DNA from: Lytechinus pictus
Lineage: Eukaryota
DNA length: 64,000 bases
Assembly: GCF_037042905.1 (NCBI RefSeq)
Contig: NC_087251.1
Location: forward strand, 45,014,001-45,078,000
Direction of reading: 5' to 3'
The notes under the pieces are model-generated. The model had not been told where the DNA came from. It saw only the letters and a program-made list of their open reading frames with translations, and did no database searches. The position numbers and the translations under genes are program-made. Shown piece after piece: positions 12,551 to 26,200 of the stretch. Within the stretch, counting starts at the first letter, position 1, and each line of letters begins with the position of its first letter.

Positions 12551-14649
12551 TCACTCATTTATTTACTCATCCATAACTGATGAAAGTTTTTGGTATTTAA
12601 ACAAACCTTGAGATAAAGTGTTTTAACAGCACAGGAACAGTAAATGTTTGTTTTCAACTGTTAAGTAAACCAAATCGGTGACAATTAAAATAAGGTGATC
12701 CATCCCCACTGAAATATTCCAGGAATCCTGTTTTCAAAGCCATTGGCAACTGATATTTCCCTCAAAGTGATGACATCACAGACATATAACATGTTTGATT
12801 CAAACTCATCGTTTCCCATCAGAAAATTGTAGAAAAACTACCTACTTAGTATCCTAATCTTAATAAAAAGTACTTTAATGAGTAATGATTACTGGAATTC
12901 TTTGGCTTAAAATCTTAGTTAATTTCTTAAATTTATGGTCATAATCTTCATACATAATACCATCAAATTTATTAATTCCTTTCGAATTTGATAACATAAA
13001 AAGATTCTGTGCCACAAGTAGGTGGTTAAGCAAGCCATTTGAGCTAAATTACACATTTTATACACAAAATATTTAGTATAATGAATTTATCAAGTATTAT
13101 GGAAAGGGCTCAATAACCAGCCAAGCAGTGTTTATTGCACAAGCAATGTGAGACGGCAAACACTCGATCAAGTTCTGCTAGCAACACAGGGCATCTTTCC
13201 CTATTACCTTGAAACAAAATTAACACGGAAAGACAATAACATCATCAGTCTTTGGTCATGAAAATTAAGATATGCACCTCACAATAAAACGTATTAAAGC
13301 ATTAAAATGGTAACTGCTCATAGCATGCACTTGAACGATAACTATTACAGGAACATGCAGTTTATAGTGTCTAACAGAGAAGAAAAGTGAGATAGAAATG
13401 AAACAAAAGGCAAGTATTTTTTTTACAATCTTAAAATCACCAATACTATTAGCAATTTGCATTCATTTAGTAATTGATCTGTGCATTGTAAAAAGCCCAA
13501 ATGTTCCATTTATTTGACACATAATTTAGTCCTATTTTTTCAGAACTTGTTACATCCAAAATGAGGGAAATTTTGTCAAAGAATAATATAAGACCTATAA
13601 CTTTACAATGGTTCAAAATATTGTTCTTTTCCAAGTGGCAGTTTGTAGACTTAAGTATTCTTTCATAATTCATATATCAAAAATTCATTTCTATAAATGA
13701 AATGAGTTTCATGGCATACTGATCGAGCAAGACCTAATCATATTTGCAGCTTTCATAATTTACTTACATCTAAACTTCATGCAGCATATAAAATACAAAT
13801 CATTTCAGTTAATGTTATCTAATGGCAATTGATCAATTGATATAAAGTTCATCATTATTTCAGATTCTATCTAAATTAACACCAGTTTAATTTCAAGTCG
13901 CATTGCTTAGTATGTTCAATCAACAATTGTGGATCTTCTGCATTATTATATTAGACTTTCAGATCATTTGCAAGAAAAATGTCTTACAAGCTTTACTACA
14001 ACTACAAAACTGTAGAAACTTTTTTTTTTTTTGGGGGGGGTCAAACTTTTTTTGAAGGACATTGAATAAACTATATTTGTAATTCTGGGAAAGCCAGTAA
14101 AAATTTTATAATCCTTGCAAGGAGAGTCTTTGTTTAAAAATTCACCATCCCCACCTTAGCCAAAAAGCATTATGTTTCCCTAGAGCATACATGCAAGCAA
14201 ATCTGTTGTTCTAAGTTTACCATAAAAAAATCACAATTTATTTCAGTTGAAATCCGAATTTGTCCCAAATTTTCAATTTATCAAAATGCTAATTTCATGT
14301 TATTTATGGTTTTAAACGTCAAATTTACGTGTTCCTCGGTGGCATTTAGAAAACAGAAAGATAAAGAATTGTAAATAGTAAAAATATTAGAAAAACTGAA
14401 GTTTCCATGATATAATTATGTGCACTGCAGTAAAAGCTTGGCAAATACATGATTTTACTGCGAACACTTTGATTGGAAGATTTTCTCACTGATCCATGGT
14501 TTCTTTAAATTGAACTGGCTTCGATTTTCATGATTTTTAAGTCTGAAAATTGTGTTTCTATTAATTTCTGTGTTCTACCAAAATTCACATAATTTTTTCC
14601 CCTATATCTCAGAAAACTTGGGACTTTGGGCTAAGTACCTTAACAAAAG

Positions 14650-15530
14650 TAAAACTCCAATTCCTTTGCCAATGCAGAAAATAGGGGATTAAGAGGGGGA
14701 AAATGCTGAGTGTGAGATTGCACTGAGACAATCTCAATCTCCCATTCCTTTGTCAAAACAAGAAATAAGGTGATTAAGTGGGAAAAGGTGCAGAGTGCAG
14801 GATTACACTAGGGCCGTCTCCACCAGCCTGAGTTTTCAAATTAGGGCGCTATTTCCGATCGGGCAAATTATCCCGATCTGAACAATCTCGAGATTATTTG
14901 TAATGGAGACGCAATTATCGCGCTAGTTTGCTGGATTAAGCTCGAGATTGCAATCCCAAGTCAACTTGGGATTATTTGTAAAATATCACGCAATTTTACG
15001 AATTATCCCGCTAATTTGCAGGTACAGACGCACTTGGGATTATTTATTCACGGCGTCAGACCATAATGCATCAATGGCTCCCTTGAGCAGGAATTGGTTT
15101 TCTTGCGATGGTGGAGACAGGTTTCTTTAATCTTGAGATTAATCGCGAAGAGGGCCAATGGGGCTAAAATCTCGAGATTGAGCAAACTCGGGCTGGTGCA
15201 GCGCCTTCTACTGAGACACTCCCAATCCCCTATTGTTGAATGTATGCAGAAAATACAAGATTAAATTGTTAAAGATGCTGAGTGGGATTTGTGCTCAAAG
15301 CCACAGTAAGAAAAGCCCATTGGTCAGCTGCGTGTGAGATTAAGCTGAGGCAATCTAGTGGATTAAACAGGTAAAGACGCTGAGTGGGATTTCTGCTTTG
15401 AGCCACAGCAAGAGCAAACCATCAGTGGTCAGCTGCATGACACAGAGGAAATATCAAACTCCCAATTTTTTTTCTCCGTGCAGAAAATAAGAGATAAAAC
15501 AGGAATAAATGAGTGATTCCTGCTTAAAAC
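14650..15530. repeat. Degenerate tandem repeat just downstream of the stop codon, interrupted by the 14810 MITE
   Basis: Recurrent tgcagaaaata...gattaa...gatgctgagtg units. Confidence 0.55.
14810..15209 (+). mobile_element. ~400-bp MITE with 3-bp TSD (PIF/Harbinger-like), copy 1
   Basis: Termini AGGGCCGTCTCCACCAGCC...GGCTGGTGCAGCGCCTTCT; TSD ACT; repeated ATCTCGAGAT palindromes; reverse complement of 48597-48991. Confidence 0.8.
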
Positions 15531-15906
15531 CAAGGAAAGAGGCACAGACTTTTGTTAAGAAACCCTTTCCCTTATAATTAAACCTATCATTTCAACATCA
15601 AGATAATGGATCAAGTATACATCTAAACATGATGGATATGTGAAAAGGTGATCTAATGCTCACATACAACAAATAAAACTTCCTGACTTAGAGAGATAAA
15701 ATTCAGTCAATAAAAGATTAGATCTCAATATTTACAAAAAATTTGGCAATTGGATGTGTAATGTATCCTTTGTTCCGTCATCTTACATCGCATTTCGTCA
15801 GATATAACATGAAGAATTTCTTTACAATTCTCTGGGTAATACTGCTGTAGTCTGAATAACATGTGGACACACACTCGTACACAGGATATATCTGTTTCTA
15901 CGTTAG

Positions 15907-17252
15907 CTAAACCGATGGTGTCTTTGATTTATCCAGTCCCGTCTTGTCACAGTTCAAGCTGAGCTGTCCGTCTGTGATGTTGTATTGGAGTCTAGAAGCG
16001 GCTGGGAAGTATGGTCCATTAGCTGGCGACATGATAGGGATACCTGTCACACCGTTATACGATAGATCTATGGGTAGATCAGTGGTGGTATGGTAGTTCT
16101 TATACATAGAAGCATCATAACTGGCTGCAGCGGCTTGATAGGCCCTGGATGTCAGGTTTACGGTAGCGTTGTAATGTTGAAGATTATTGTACTGTCCATA
16201 GTTGGCGTACGCAGCCATGTTGGTGTAAGATGATGGCACGCCCAACATACGAGCGTTGTAGAAACTGGGTTCCTGTTTGACCATGTTTCTCATGGAGTCT
16301 AAGCTTTCCACAGATGGGTTCTGGGTCAACGGCGACGGGATTGGATACACGGTCTCGTGCTTGCTGCTTGATGGTGATATATATCGACTGATTGAACTCT
16401 CGGTGGTGAAGATTGGGGTAATACTGTCAGTGTTTGTTGGTCTGGCTTTGGGCGATGTCAGTGAGCTTACAGGAGGCAGAGAGAACTGATTCTTGGCCGA
16501 GTCTGATAGAGGAGGGGTGAGAAGAGAGTCGGGGGTCTTGGGACTGGGGGTAGTAAAGACCCCCTTGGGCACCGTATTCATAGGGGCCAGACTGAGACGG
16601 GTGTGATTAGTGTCCGGTGACGGGATCATTCCGTTATGATCCGGAGGCAGTTCTCGATTCGGAGGGTTCTCCCAGCTTCCCGATGGCACCCGGACGATAT
16701 CTTCCTCTTCGTGCCTGCTCGCATTCCTGACGCTAAGAGCTAACAAGGAAGATGAAGCCTGCATGTGATTTATAGGAGACATCGCCGGTGGTGAATGATG
16801 GATCCCTTTGTCCTCCATCACTTCCTTGACGACGTCTTCAGTATGTTGCAATCGCTCTTTACTCCTCTTAGCATAGTCTTCGGACTCTCTGAAATCCCCT
16901 CTCTCACCAAGGACAGTCAGTGTCTTTTCATTTGGACTGTCCGACCTGATGATAACCTGCTTAGGGATAACATCGGGCGTGGCTTTAGGCTTCTGTGCGA
17001 GGAGTCTTGCATTGGCTTTCCTCTTGCTCTCTCTCCCACTTATCTCAGATTTATGTTCTATGTCGCTATGGTTACCAGTGGGTTCATTCCTTGTAATCTG
17101 AGCACCACGTTGTTTTTTACTCTTTCTCCTTTCGGGACTCTGAGGGCGCTTTCTTGTTTTTCCCTCCAGCAGACCTTGGTGTCCCTTGCTGTTATTGTTG
17201 CTATCCCCAACTGTTCTTAGCTGCTTGTCTGAGACTCCATCGGCCTCGTCTC
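15907..17252 (-). CDS. NPAS3: Terminal coding exon: disordered S/P/T-rich then Y/N/A-rich C-terminal region, stop TAG at 15907-15909
   Basis: tttttcag acceptor at 17253-17254, phase 1 matches the previous exon; 1346-nt open frame (longest ORF in the window). Confidence 0.92.
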
Positions 17253-20200
17253 CTGAAAAATGACACACAAGGAACAGAAAACCTGATTTTTAGACATTTT
17301 AAGATACTTATATATGATCATATCAATTGTTATCTACCTATTATCTACTAAAGGAAGAGTTCAATATATTTGGGGTGTTGAAAATATGAATATATGGAAT
17401 TTCTAGCAATTTTTACTCAAAGAGTATTACAAAAATCCTGAAATTTCTGGGAATCTAATGGAATATATAAAATTAATGTAATGTGTCTGTAGTAGCTGAA
17501 AAAATAAAGTAGGACTACACAGAAGGAAAACATGAAAATATTGTCATGAAATTAATAAATATGATACAAAGAGAGATACTGAGAATGAGGGATATAAAGA
17601 GATTGCTGAGAAGCTTAATTGGAAGAAAGGTTTTTGGGTAGAAAAGTAGGTGATGAATGTGATGAAGAGGAGAGAGGTCCGGGGGGGGGGGGCAAGAGAT
17701 AGTAATATACATATGAAGATATAGAGAAGAAAGGAGAGAGAGAAAAAAAAAGATAGGCAGAGACAAATGGCAAGAGAGAGGAAGAGAAAGACAGGAAAAT
17801 TAGATAGGAGATAGAAAATGAGAAAGAGAGAGTGTGGAGGCAGGAGAGACAAAGGCAAAGACAAAGAAAAGGAGAGTGAGAGAGGGAGCAGGGAAAGATG
17901 GATAGATAGATAGAAAAACATGAGAAATAATATTATAGCATCTACTGAATGCTAAAGAGAGAGAGAGAGAGATAAAGAAAAGATAAATAAAGAGAGATGA
18001 ATAAAACTGTAACCGTTTATTACAACTTGGGACACAAATACAGATGAGGAATAAAGAATGAGAGAAATTGTTTTCAAACCTGAATGACGGCACGGTGACG
18101 TTTTATTTCTTGTAGGTGATGTTCCTAAGAGTTCTATATGTTCATCAGAGGCTAATGATGGGATCTGACTTATATCCATAGCAATGTTACCATGTTCAAC
18201 ATGACTGAAAATAGATGCATAAAAGAAATAAGTATTCATATTAAACATTTATTAGTTTCACTTTCAGAGAAAATCATAAGAGGAATCATTAGCTTGAACT
18301 GAAGTTTGGATGAAAATAACATAGCACCTGGGAATTAGATAGATGGTGCAATATCATACATTCTTTCTCTCTTTCAACAGTTAGGAACTTTGATATCTTT
18401 CTTGTCACAAGAACGTATAAAAACAAATTATACAGTTTCTATTTGCATTAAACATTTGACTTGATTTAACTTTCAAATGTTGAATCTTAACACATTTTTA
18501 TCAAAATTGACTCTGCTTGAACAAATCAGAAAATTCTTTTCCCTCATAGATACCCATCTAAGGCTGCGTTTATGCGACCTCAAGCCAAAATCATGATTTG
18601 AATCATGATTCAAAACACAAACATGAATCACAATATCACAGAATCAGCGTTTAGACGACCTTCATTCCAATGCTGTTTCTCCTCAGATTCGGGCCAATCC
18701 AGTGCGCATCACTAGTGCGCAGTTTGACAGAGGAAGTTTTTCGCACGTGTTTCGGCTCTCGAAAAATCTTTTGCTTCCAGAATTCAGTCTATACATCATT
18801 TTGTTTACTTCTATCATATAGGGTCCATATGCTTCTATTCATCTTGTTAGTTTATCCAAAATGGTGTTCGGAAGTGAATTTCAACGCAGATCCAATTTGA
18901 TATTGATACTGTATACTCAACAACAACTGGGATCATTGTCTGTCCAGTTAATTCATTTACTGGAACTTGAAGTTGAAGACATGACCAAAAAATGAAAAGT
19001 AGTGGACGATGCGATGACCAACACAGAACTTGAACATGACAAGAAATGCATGCGTAGTACATAATCATGTACATACAATGAGCATATAGAGCGCCTTGAG
19101 CTTGGCAAGAGTCAAACCGAAAGTATATATAGCCCGACACAACAGTGAGGTCATAGAATCATGATTGTAATCACGATATCGTTTATTCGAACATTTTCGT
19201 ACGTGATTCTGCAGAAACGTCTTTCCAAACGCCCCTTTTTTCGTGTTTCATGTTTCATTATATTCAATTTCGACTAAACGCAATCGTGATTCTGCAGAAT
19301 CATGATTTGAATCATGATTCAGATCATGATTCTAGGGTAAAAAAGTGGCGGATAAACGCACCCTAAGTAGGGACAAACCCATAACAGGGTCCAGGAAAAG
19401 GCAATAATGTTTGGTAGGTTGATACCACTTTCAGAAACTTGTGGTGCGGACCAGGCCTGGGCTATTTTGGTGATACTTTTATCTGCACCTGATGCAGACC
19501 AAATAGTTTAAAAACAATAGCAGCACCAGGCCCCGGCCAAAAATTCCTGGCAGAGAATACAGAGCTCTCCCGCTCTGAATATGGCATGTTCAGTTACCAG
19601 GAAAGTTATTAATTATGTGCCAGGTATTTGAATGAGTGATTGTAAAAGAAGCGCAGCTCTGCTATAGTTATAGCGCCCTATTTTAGAGCAGGCCTGTTGC
19701 AGACCAAAAAATCCTGAGTTACTGAAAGGAGCGATGAGTTGATAGCATTGAATTCACAAAACATGGAGATAAGAAAATCTGCCATGAACAGTGGAGAAAG
19801 CAGAAATCTTATACACATATAATTGCTGACATCCAACATTAGTTTAACCAAATGATGAAAACATTGTAAGTTCATTATACATAATATTCTGCTTTCAAAA
19901 TATACTATACTCTTCTGAGCTCGATATTCATATATTTTTCTTATTCTTTATTTCCTTTTCAATAATCTTTGATCCACATTTCCATTCAATTTCTATCCCC
20001 CTCTCCTCTCATTTATAACACGCTTGCAAATAATCTCATGTATAATGGCTTTTATTTCATTCTTCTATTTATGCTATTCAACATATATCCCTGTATGTTT
20101 TCATCCTAGTGATCATATATTTTAGCTTTCTAATGTTAATACATCCATGAATGTGTGGTATGCATGTATGTAAAGCCAGAGTGAATTTGGGTGATTTAAC

Positions 20201-23200
20201 AATGAGCTTTGGACTAACATATCATTAATGTCTCTCGGAGGAACACATTCCTGACATTCGGTTTCCTCTCCCTTTTCCTCTCATCCAGGCACCCGAGTAG
20301 GGTGACGATCTCCCCCCCCCCTCGCACAAACATGAATGCACAAAGAAAGATGGTGTGACACACAATTACCCTCAATCTACCCCACACACAAACACACATG
20401 GTAATAGACAGACAGTACGTGACACACATTCAACCTCCACACCCACACTGGCACAAACACACACACACATTGTGACACATAATACTTATCCCATCTCTCC
20501 TCATGCACACAAACCCATCCAATGACACATTCCCCAAAAGAAAAACACACACACACATCTCGTATCCCCACCCCAGCATAAAAACACATGTGCATGCAGA
20601 CAGCCAGTGACACACACTCACCCCCTCCCCACAAACATATGCACATTCATATTCCACCCAACCCCAGTATAAAAACAGATGCACAGACAGCCAGTGACAC
20701 ACACTCACCTTAATTCCCCCCCCACACAAACACATAGGCACATTCCACCCCACCCCAGTATAAAAACACATGCACAGACAGCCACTGACACACACTCACT
20801 CTCCCCCACACACAAGCACATATGAACACTCATCTTGCATCCCCACCCCAGTATAAAAACACATGTGCAGACACCCCATAATACACACTCACACTATTCC
20901 ACTTCCCTCACACAAACACACATGCAAACACACCCACCTTCAAACTCCTCCCCACACTAGAATGCATGCAAACAGTTGACTGACAGCCAGTGACACACAG
21001 ATCACCCCCACACCTCCCAACATCGGGGGCCCGTTTCATGTAGGACTTGCAACTGTTGTTACTTTGCTATTATGGCAACTACCATGGTAACAGGGCTCAG
21101 CAGCCAATCAAAATCAAGGTTACCATGGTAGTTGCCAAAATGGCAAAGTTACAACAGTTGCTAGGCCTTTATGAAACCAGCCCCTGAAAAGTAAAGCTAT
21201 TAAAGAAAACACTCATGAGACCAGGGGGCCGTTTCATAAAGCTGTTTGTAAGTTAAGAGTGACTTTAAGAAAGACTGGTGATCCTTTCATGTGGTAAATG
21301 ATATTCATAATTAAATGTTCATTGGTGATTATTTAGCGCATAAGAAAGGATCACCAGTCGCTCCTAACTACAGCTTTATGAGACACCCACCAGCTCAGTA
21401 TTGGTTCAATATCCTTTTCCTCGCTCTCAACTCCAACACCAAACTGTTAAAATCCCCTATTGGACTGAACTTGACCCTGGTGAGGTGAATAGGTACCTGG
21501 CAGGATTAATTCCTTGACTGCACCGAGCGTCGGAATTAAGTGGTAGCTCACGCTAATGGTAATTGTGCATAGTATATTCTGGAAAAAGTGGTATCCAGCT
21601 ATATCGTTATTATTAACATTCTTACTTTAAAAAAAAAACCTTCCCAAACTTTCAAATGTTCACTATTCAATAGATAATTTTCAGGAAATATACACATATA
21701 TGTATTAGTATTCACATATCCATGATTAATGCTCCACACGTGTGTCAACTTTACAAATTATCTATCCAAAACTTCTATTGCCAGGTCTATTTGGGTGTAT
21801 GGGATCATACCTACCTAAGGACTTGGTTTATGAAGATAAATGAGCTATCATTTGAGTTCTTAGCATAGCAGAGTGTTGCTGTAGTTTGGACCCATACATA
21901 GCCTCCTTCCATTAGCATCCAACGGTAGTATTTGGTGATAGTCTGTCCTTTGTTCAGTACTGGATATCAAAAGAGAAAGGACAAAATATATACTGGTCAG
22001 GCAAAAATCATTATTTTTCAGGGGCTACTTGTCACAACTTACTGCCTCAATGTCAAAATGTACAAAACAAACTGTAATTGTTGAAAATGGAAATAAACAA
22101 AATGAAACGAAATGAAATGAATGGGATTTTTCCTGGGCTCCTTTTTGGGGTTAGTCCAGGGTTATTTTGAGCATTTGGGAGGCAAAATATAAGCCCCAGT
22201 GAAATTTTCTTGATACCGGTACATGTATTTTTCTTCCAAGTCATTCTGAACTGCTTGCTTCTTGATCAGATCCAAATGTCTCTTATAAAACAATGCAGTT
22301 TAACAGAAAAACATAACTTAAATGGAGGATGACATTTGGATAAGAAGTGTGATGCCAGAGAAGTAGACTATATATCACAAATTTGATTCAATATATTGAA
22401 TTTTTCATTTAACAACAATTAAATAAGTCTGTTGTAATTTTTTTCCTGGTTTCCATTGATTCTTATCAAGGTGGGTCTATAATAGCACTAGACCACAGTC
22501 CTCCCCTAAAATGATACTTATTCTTTGATTTTAGCGATAACACTATCTCTGAGATACAATAGGGGGAAACATTGTCCCGCCATAGGATGTGAATTATCCA
22601 AAGAATGCGTATGTGTCAGGTCTTCCAGTTTGGAATCGGAAGATTCTTCAGCCCCTCAGTGTCACCAGGCTTTAATCAGGACCATGATCGTTTCGTCTGG
22701 GACGGCGTGAAGAGAACTCCCCTCGCCATGTTAAGATCAGTTTATCTCCCAGGCTAAAGACCCCAATGTCATTCTTTCAACTCTCATTAAACCCGGGGCT
22801 CCCCCTCTCACTCCCTTTACACTCTACGGCTTAATTGGGCCTCCATGTTATACGCAGATCCTGTAAATCAATTTCTGCAGGAAATTGCCATCCCCGAGTA
22901 GAAATCCCGTAAGACGTCATTCCAGAATCTGCCCCGAAGATCGAATGTATTTGAGTGATTTAAGAATAATTTGTCTATCCAAATGTACTCATTCAGTAAT
23001 AGAAAGGAAAAAGGAGAAAATGGAGTAACACATTGCAACTGCAGAACCATTATCTTTCATGTTGCATTGGTTATTAAAAAAAGTAGTATACATCAATATA
23101 TTGCTTAAGCTATATTTATTTGAAGGAAAACATTACTAGAAATAAGTAACTCAAGTACCCATATATACATTATATCTTCTGATTTCCGTATATATTTTTC

Positions 23201-26200
23201 ACAACCTTTTTTAATTATTCATCTCAATCATTTTGAATTATTTCCTATCTTTCAAATTAGACTAAATTCTCATGAAAACATTAAAGGACACGCAAACCTG
23301 CAGCCTTGCACCAGCTCAAGTCCTCAACTACTCAAATCTGGCCAGGTTCCTGACCCATAATGCAACATTCTGAGTAAATATAGCCCTGATTGAATTATAA
23401 AATGCAATTCACTACTCAATATATCTAATCATACTCCAATTATTATGTTACCTAGTAGCAAAACAAGCACCTTCTCCCACAAAATAAACAAAGTGGCTTA
23501 AGGAGGGAAACTAATTAATTATAATTCCTACTGACAACCCATCGATTGGTGATATACAAGGAATTTTCATTTCAATTTCCACATCATTCTAAAAATAATA
23601 TCAAATAAACAAATCATTGAAGTTTCTTGATGATTCAAACAGATCTGATAAAACAGTGAATGTATGACTATATTCAATTTATATTCTATCATAACACCTT
23701 TAACAATGATCTTTCACAAAAGGACAATAAAAGAAACAAAAATGGAGAGAGAAACTTACAATCTTGGTGGCTTGAACGCACATTGGCAATATCCTGAGCA
23801 TGAATATAACTGTAGAAGCTTTTACCAATAATGCTGTCTGCAGAGTGGTCAAGAAAATCACCAATCCTAATATCAAAACAAACAGAAACAAAAAGAAAGA
23901 AAGAACATCTTTATTTAGAAAATAAGTTATTTCATTAACAAGCATATCAGTTAACTATGCCATTTAAAAAAAAAGCACAACTTCTGCATCTCAAATTTGA
24001 AGTACGCCTATTCAAAATTGATTAACAAGGATAACAAGATTACTGAAAATAATTTATAATTTAATGCATGTAAAACAAGTCCTTAAGATCTTAAGTACTT
24101 AATATCATACTATACATATATGCAAATGTGCTTTAATTTTTTTTTCAGTTTATGATCACATCATAAGATAGGAAGATATAAATCATCATTTACATTATTG
24201 TGACTTTCACAATCTAGAATCAATAATAAGATCATGCAAATCTTTAACAAGTGGAGCGCCTCTGGCAGTCTCGTCTGCATTGTGCAATTCAATATAGCAA
24301 CAGTGCCGACTTTGATTAAAAAAATCATTCATATAATAATATAATACTAATTCATTGACCCTAAATGACATTTGACCATGATCAACTGATCTAAGACTTG
24401 TGCAAGGTGAGCAATGATAATTGATTATTGTCCATATCAAAGTTATGATGGCAATCCAACAATTACCCCCAACATGGCCAAAGTTTATTGACCTTAAGGA
24501 CGTTCCACAGTTATGTTTGTGCGCATCATGATCTGCGCATATTTTACACTCTGCGCGCTGACGTCACAATGGATGAACTTGTGATTTAATCAGCTGTAGG
24601 TAATGTGAACTGATTTTTCTCCTTATCTACATTAACTGCAGATCTGATGTGTTATTTTATGAAGCTAATAAACTGGAATTATTCCATGGACCATTTTTTA
24701 AAATTCCTCTACAATTTCAAAATAGTTTCTCTGTAGTGCTGCAAAGTATGATGATTATGACCCCCGAGTATGAATAAATGGAAAAGTGGTTCAGAATTTT
24801 TCCTCACAGATACTGCTTTTGGCGCGTTTTCGGGTGTTTTAAGAAGCAAATTTGCTCTAATAAGAGTGCTGATAGTTTCAAAACAAGCACATGAACCCAT
24901 ATCTTTTAATGTTTGCACCTCTTAAGTATACCTTCCTCTACAACTTTGCAAAGTTTGGTGAAAATGACATGGATTTTGAATAAAGTGCAGCATTTCTTAT
25001 ACTTCTCAAGTTTGTTATTGAAATTTGACATTTTTGAGGTTATATCTTTCCCGCAATTTCTAAGAACTGAGAGTGTTGTTAGACTTAAATGAGCAAACAA
25101 TTGACAGCAATCGATAGATTATCCATCTTACGGATACAATTATTAATCATATTGCAAAATTTGACGAAATTTTCATGGATTTTGACTGATTAATAGGGCT
25201 TTAATCTCAATGTTGTGATCTCGTGAGGTCTAAAAATGCCGAATTCTTTTGGATGCGCAATTCTTAAGAACATCATCCATTTTGGGTTAACTTTTAAGCT
25301 CTATAGCAAAAAATCAAGCACATGGACCGATGTTAATTTTTGCATATTTGGAATATTCAGGTGCTAAAGTATCTATGTGCAAAGTATGATGAAAACGACA
25401 TGGATTTTCAATGTTTGGGAGCAAGACTACGGAACCACTCGCATTTTAGACGGTATTAACAGACTTTTGCTTGTTTTCGGTGCATTTTGGGCTGTTTCAA
25501 GCAAACGCGTAATACTTTGGACACTGATAATTTGAAAACGAGCACATGGACCCCAAATTTGTAATGTCTTAACTTCTTTAGAATATATTTTTCTACAAAT
25601 CTAGAGAGTATGATGAAAATGACATGGATTTTGAATGTTTGGGAGCAGGGCTAAGGAACCATTCATATTTTAGACATTTTGGACGGTATTAGACTTTTGC
25701 CCGTTTTAGGCGCATTATAGACTGTTTAAAGCCAACTCGCAACACTTTGGACACTGATAATTTGAAAACGAGCGCATTGACCCCATAATTTAAACATCTT
25801 TTCTTCTTCAGAATATATTCCTTTACAAATCTAGAGAGTATGATGAAAATGACATGGATTTTGAATGTTTGGGAGCAGGACTAAGGAACCATTCGTATTT
25901 TAGACATTGTGGACGGTATTAGACTTTTGCCCGTTTTAGGTGCATTATAGACTGTTTAAAGCCAACTCGCAATACTTTGGACACTGATAGTTTGAAAACG
26001 AGCACATGGACCCCATATTTTTAATATTTTAATGTCTTAAGAATATATTCCTCTACAAATCTAGAGAGTATGATGAAAATGACATGGATTTTGAATGTTT
26101 TGGAGCGAAATATGGAACCATTCGCATTTTAGACGGCATTATTAGACTTTTGCACGTTTTGGGCGATTTTCATGCCAACTCGCATCACTTTGAACACTCA

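Noticed and set aside
16277..17351. Plus-strand ORFs overlapping the terminal exon (also 52668-52967 and 28643-28825)
   Set aside because: Antisense shadows of real coding exons; no independent support.
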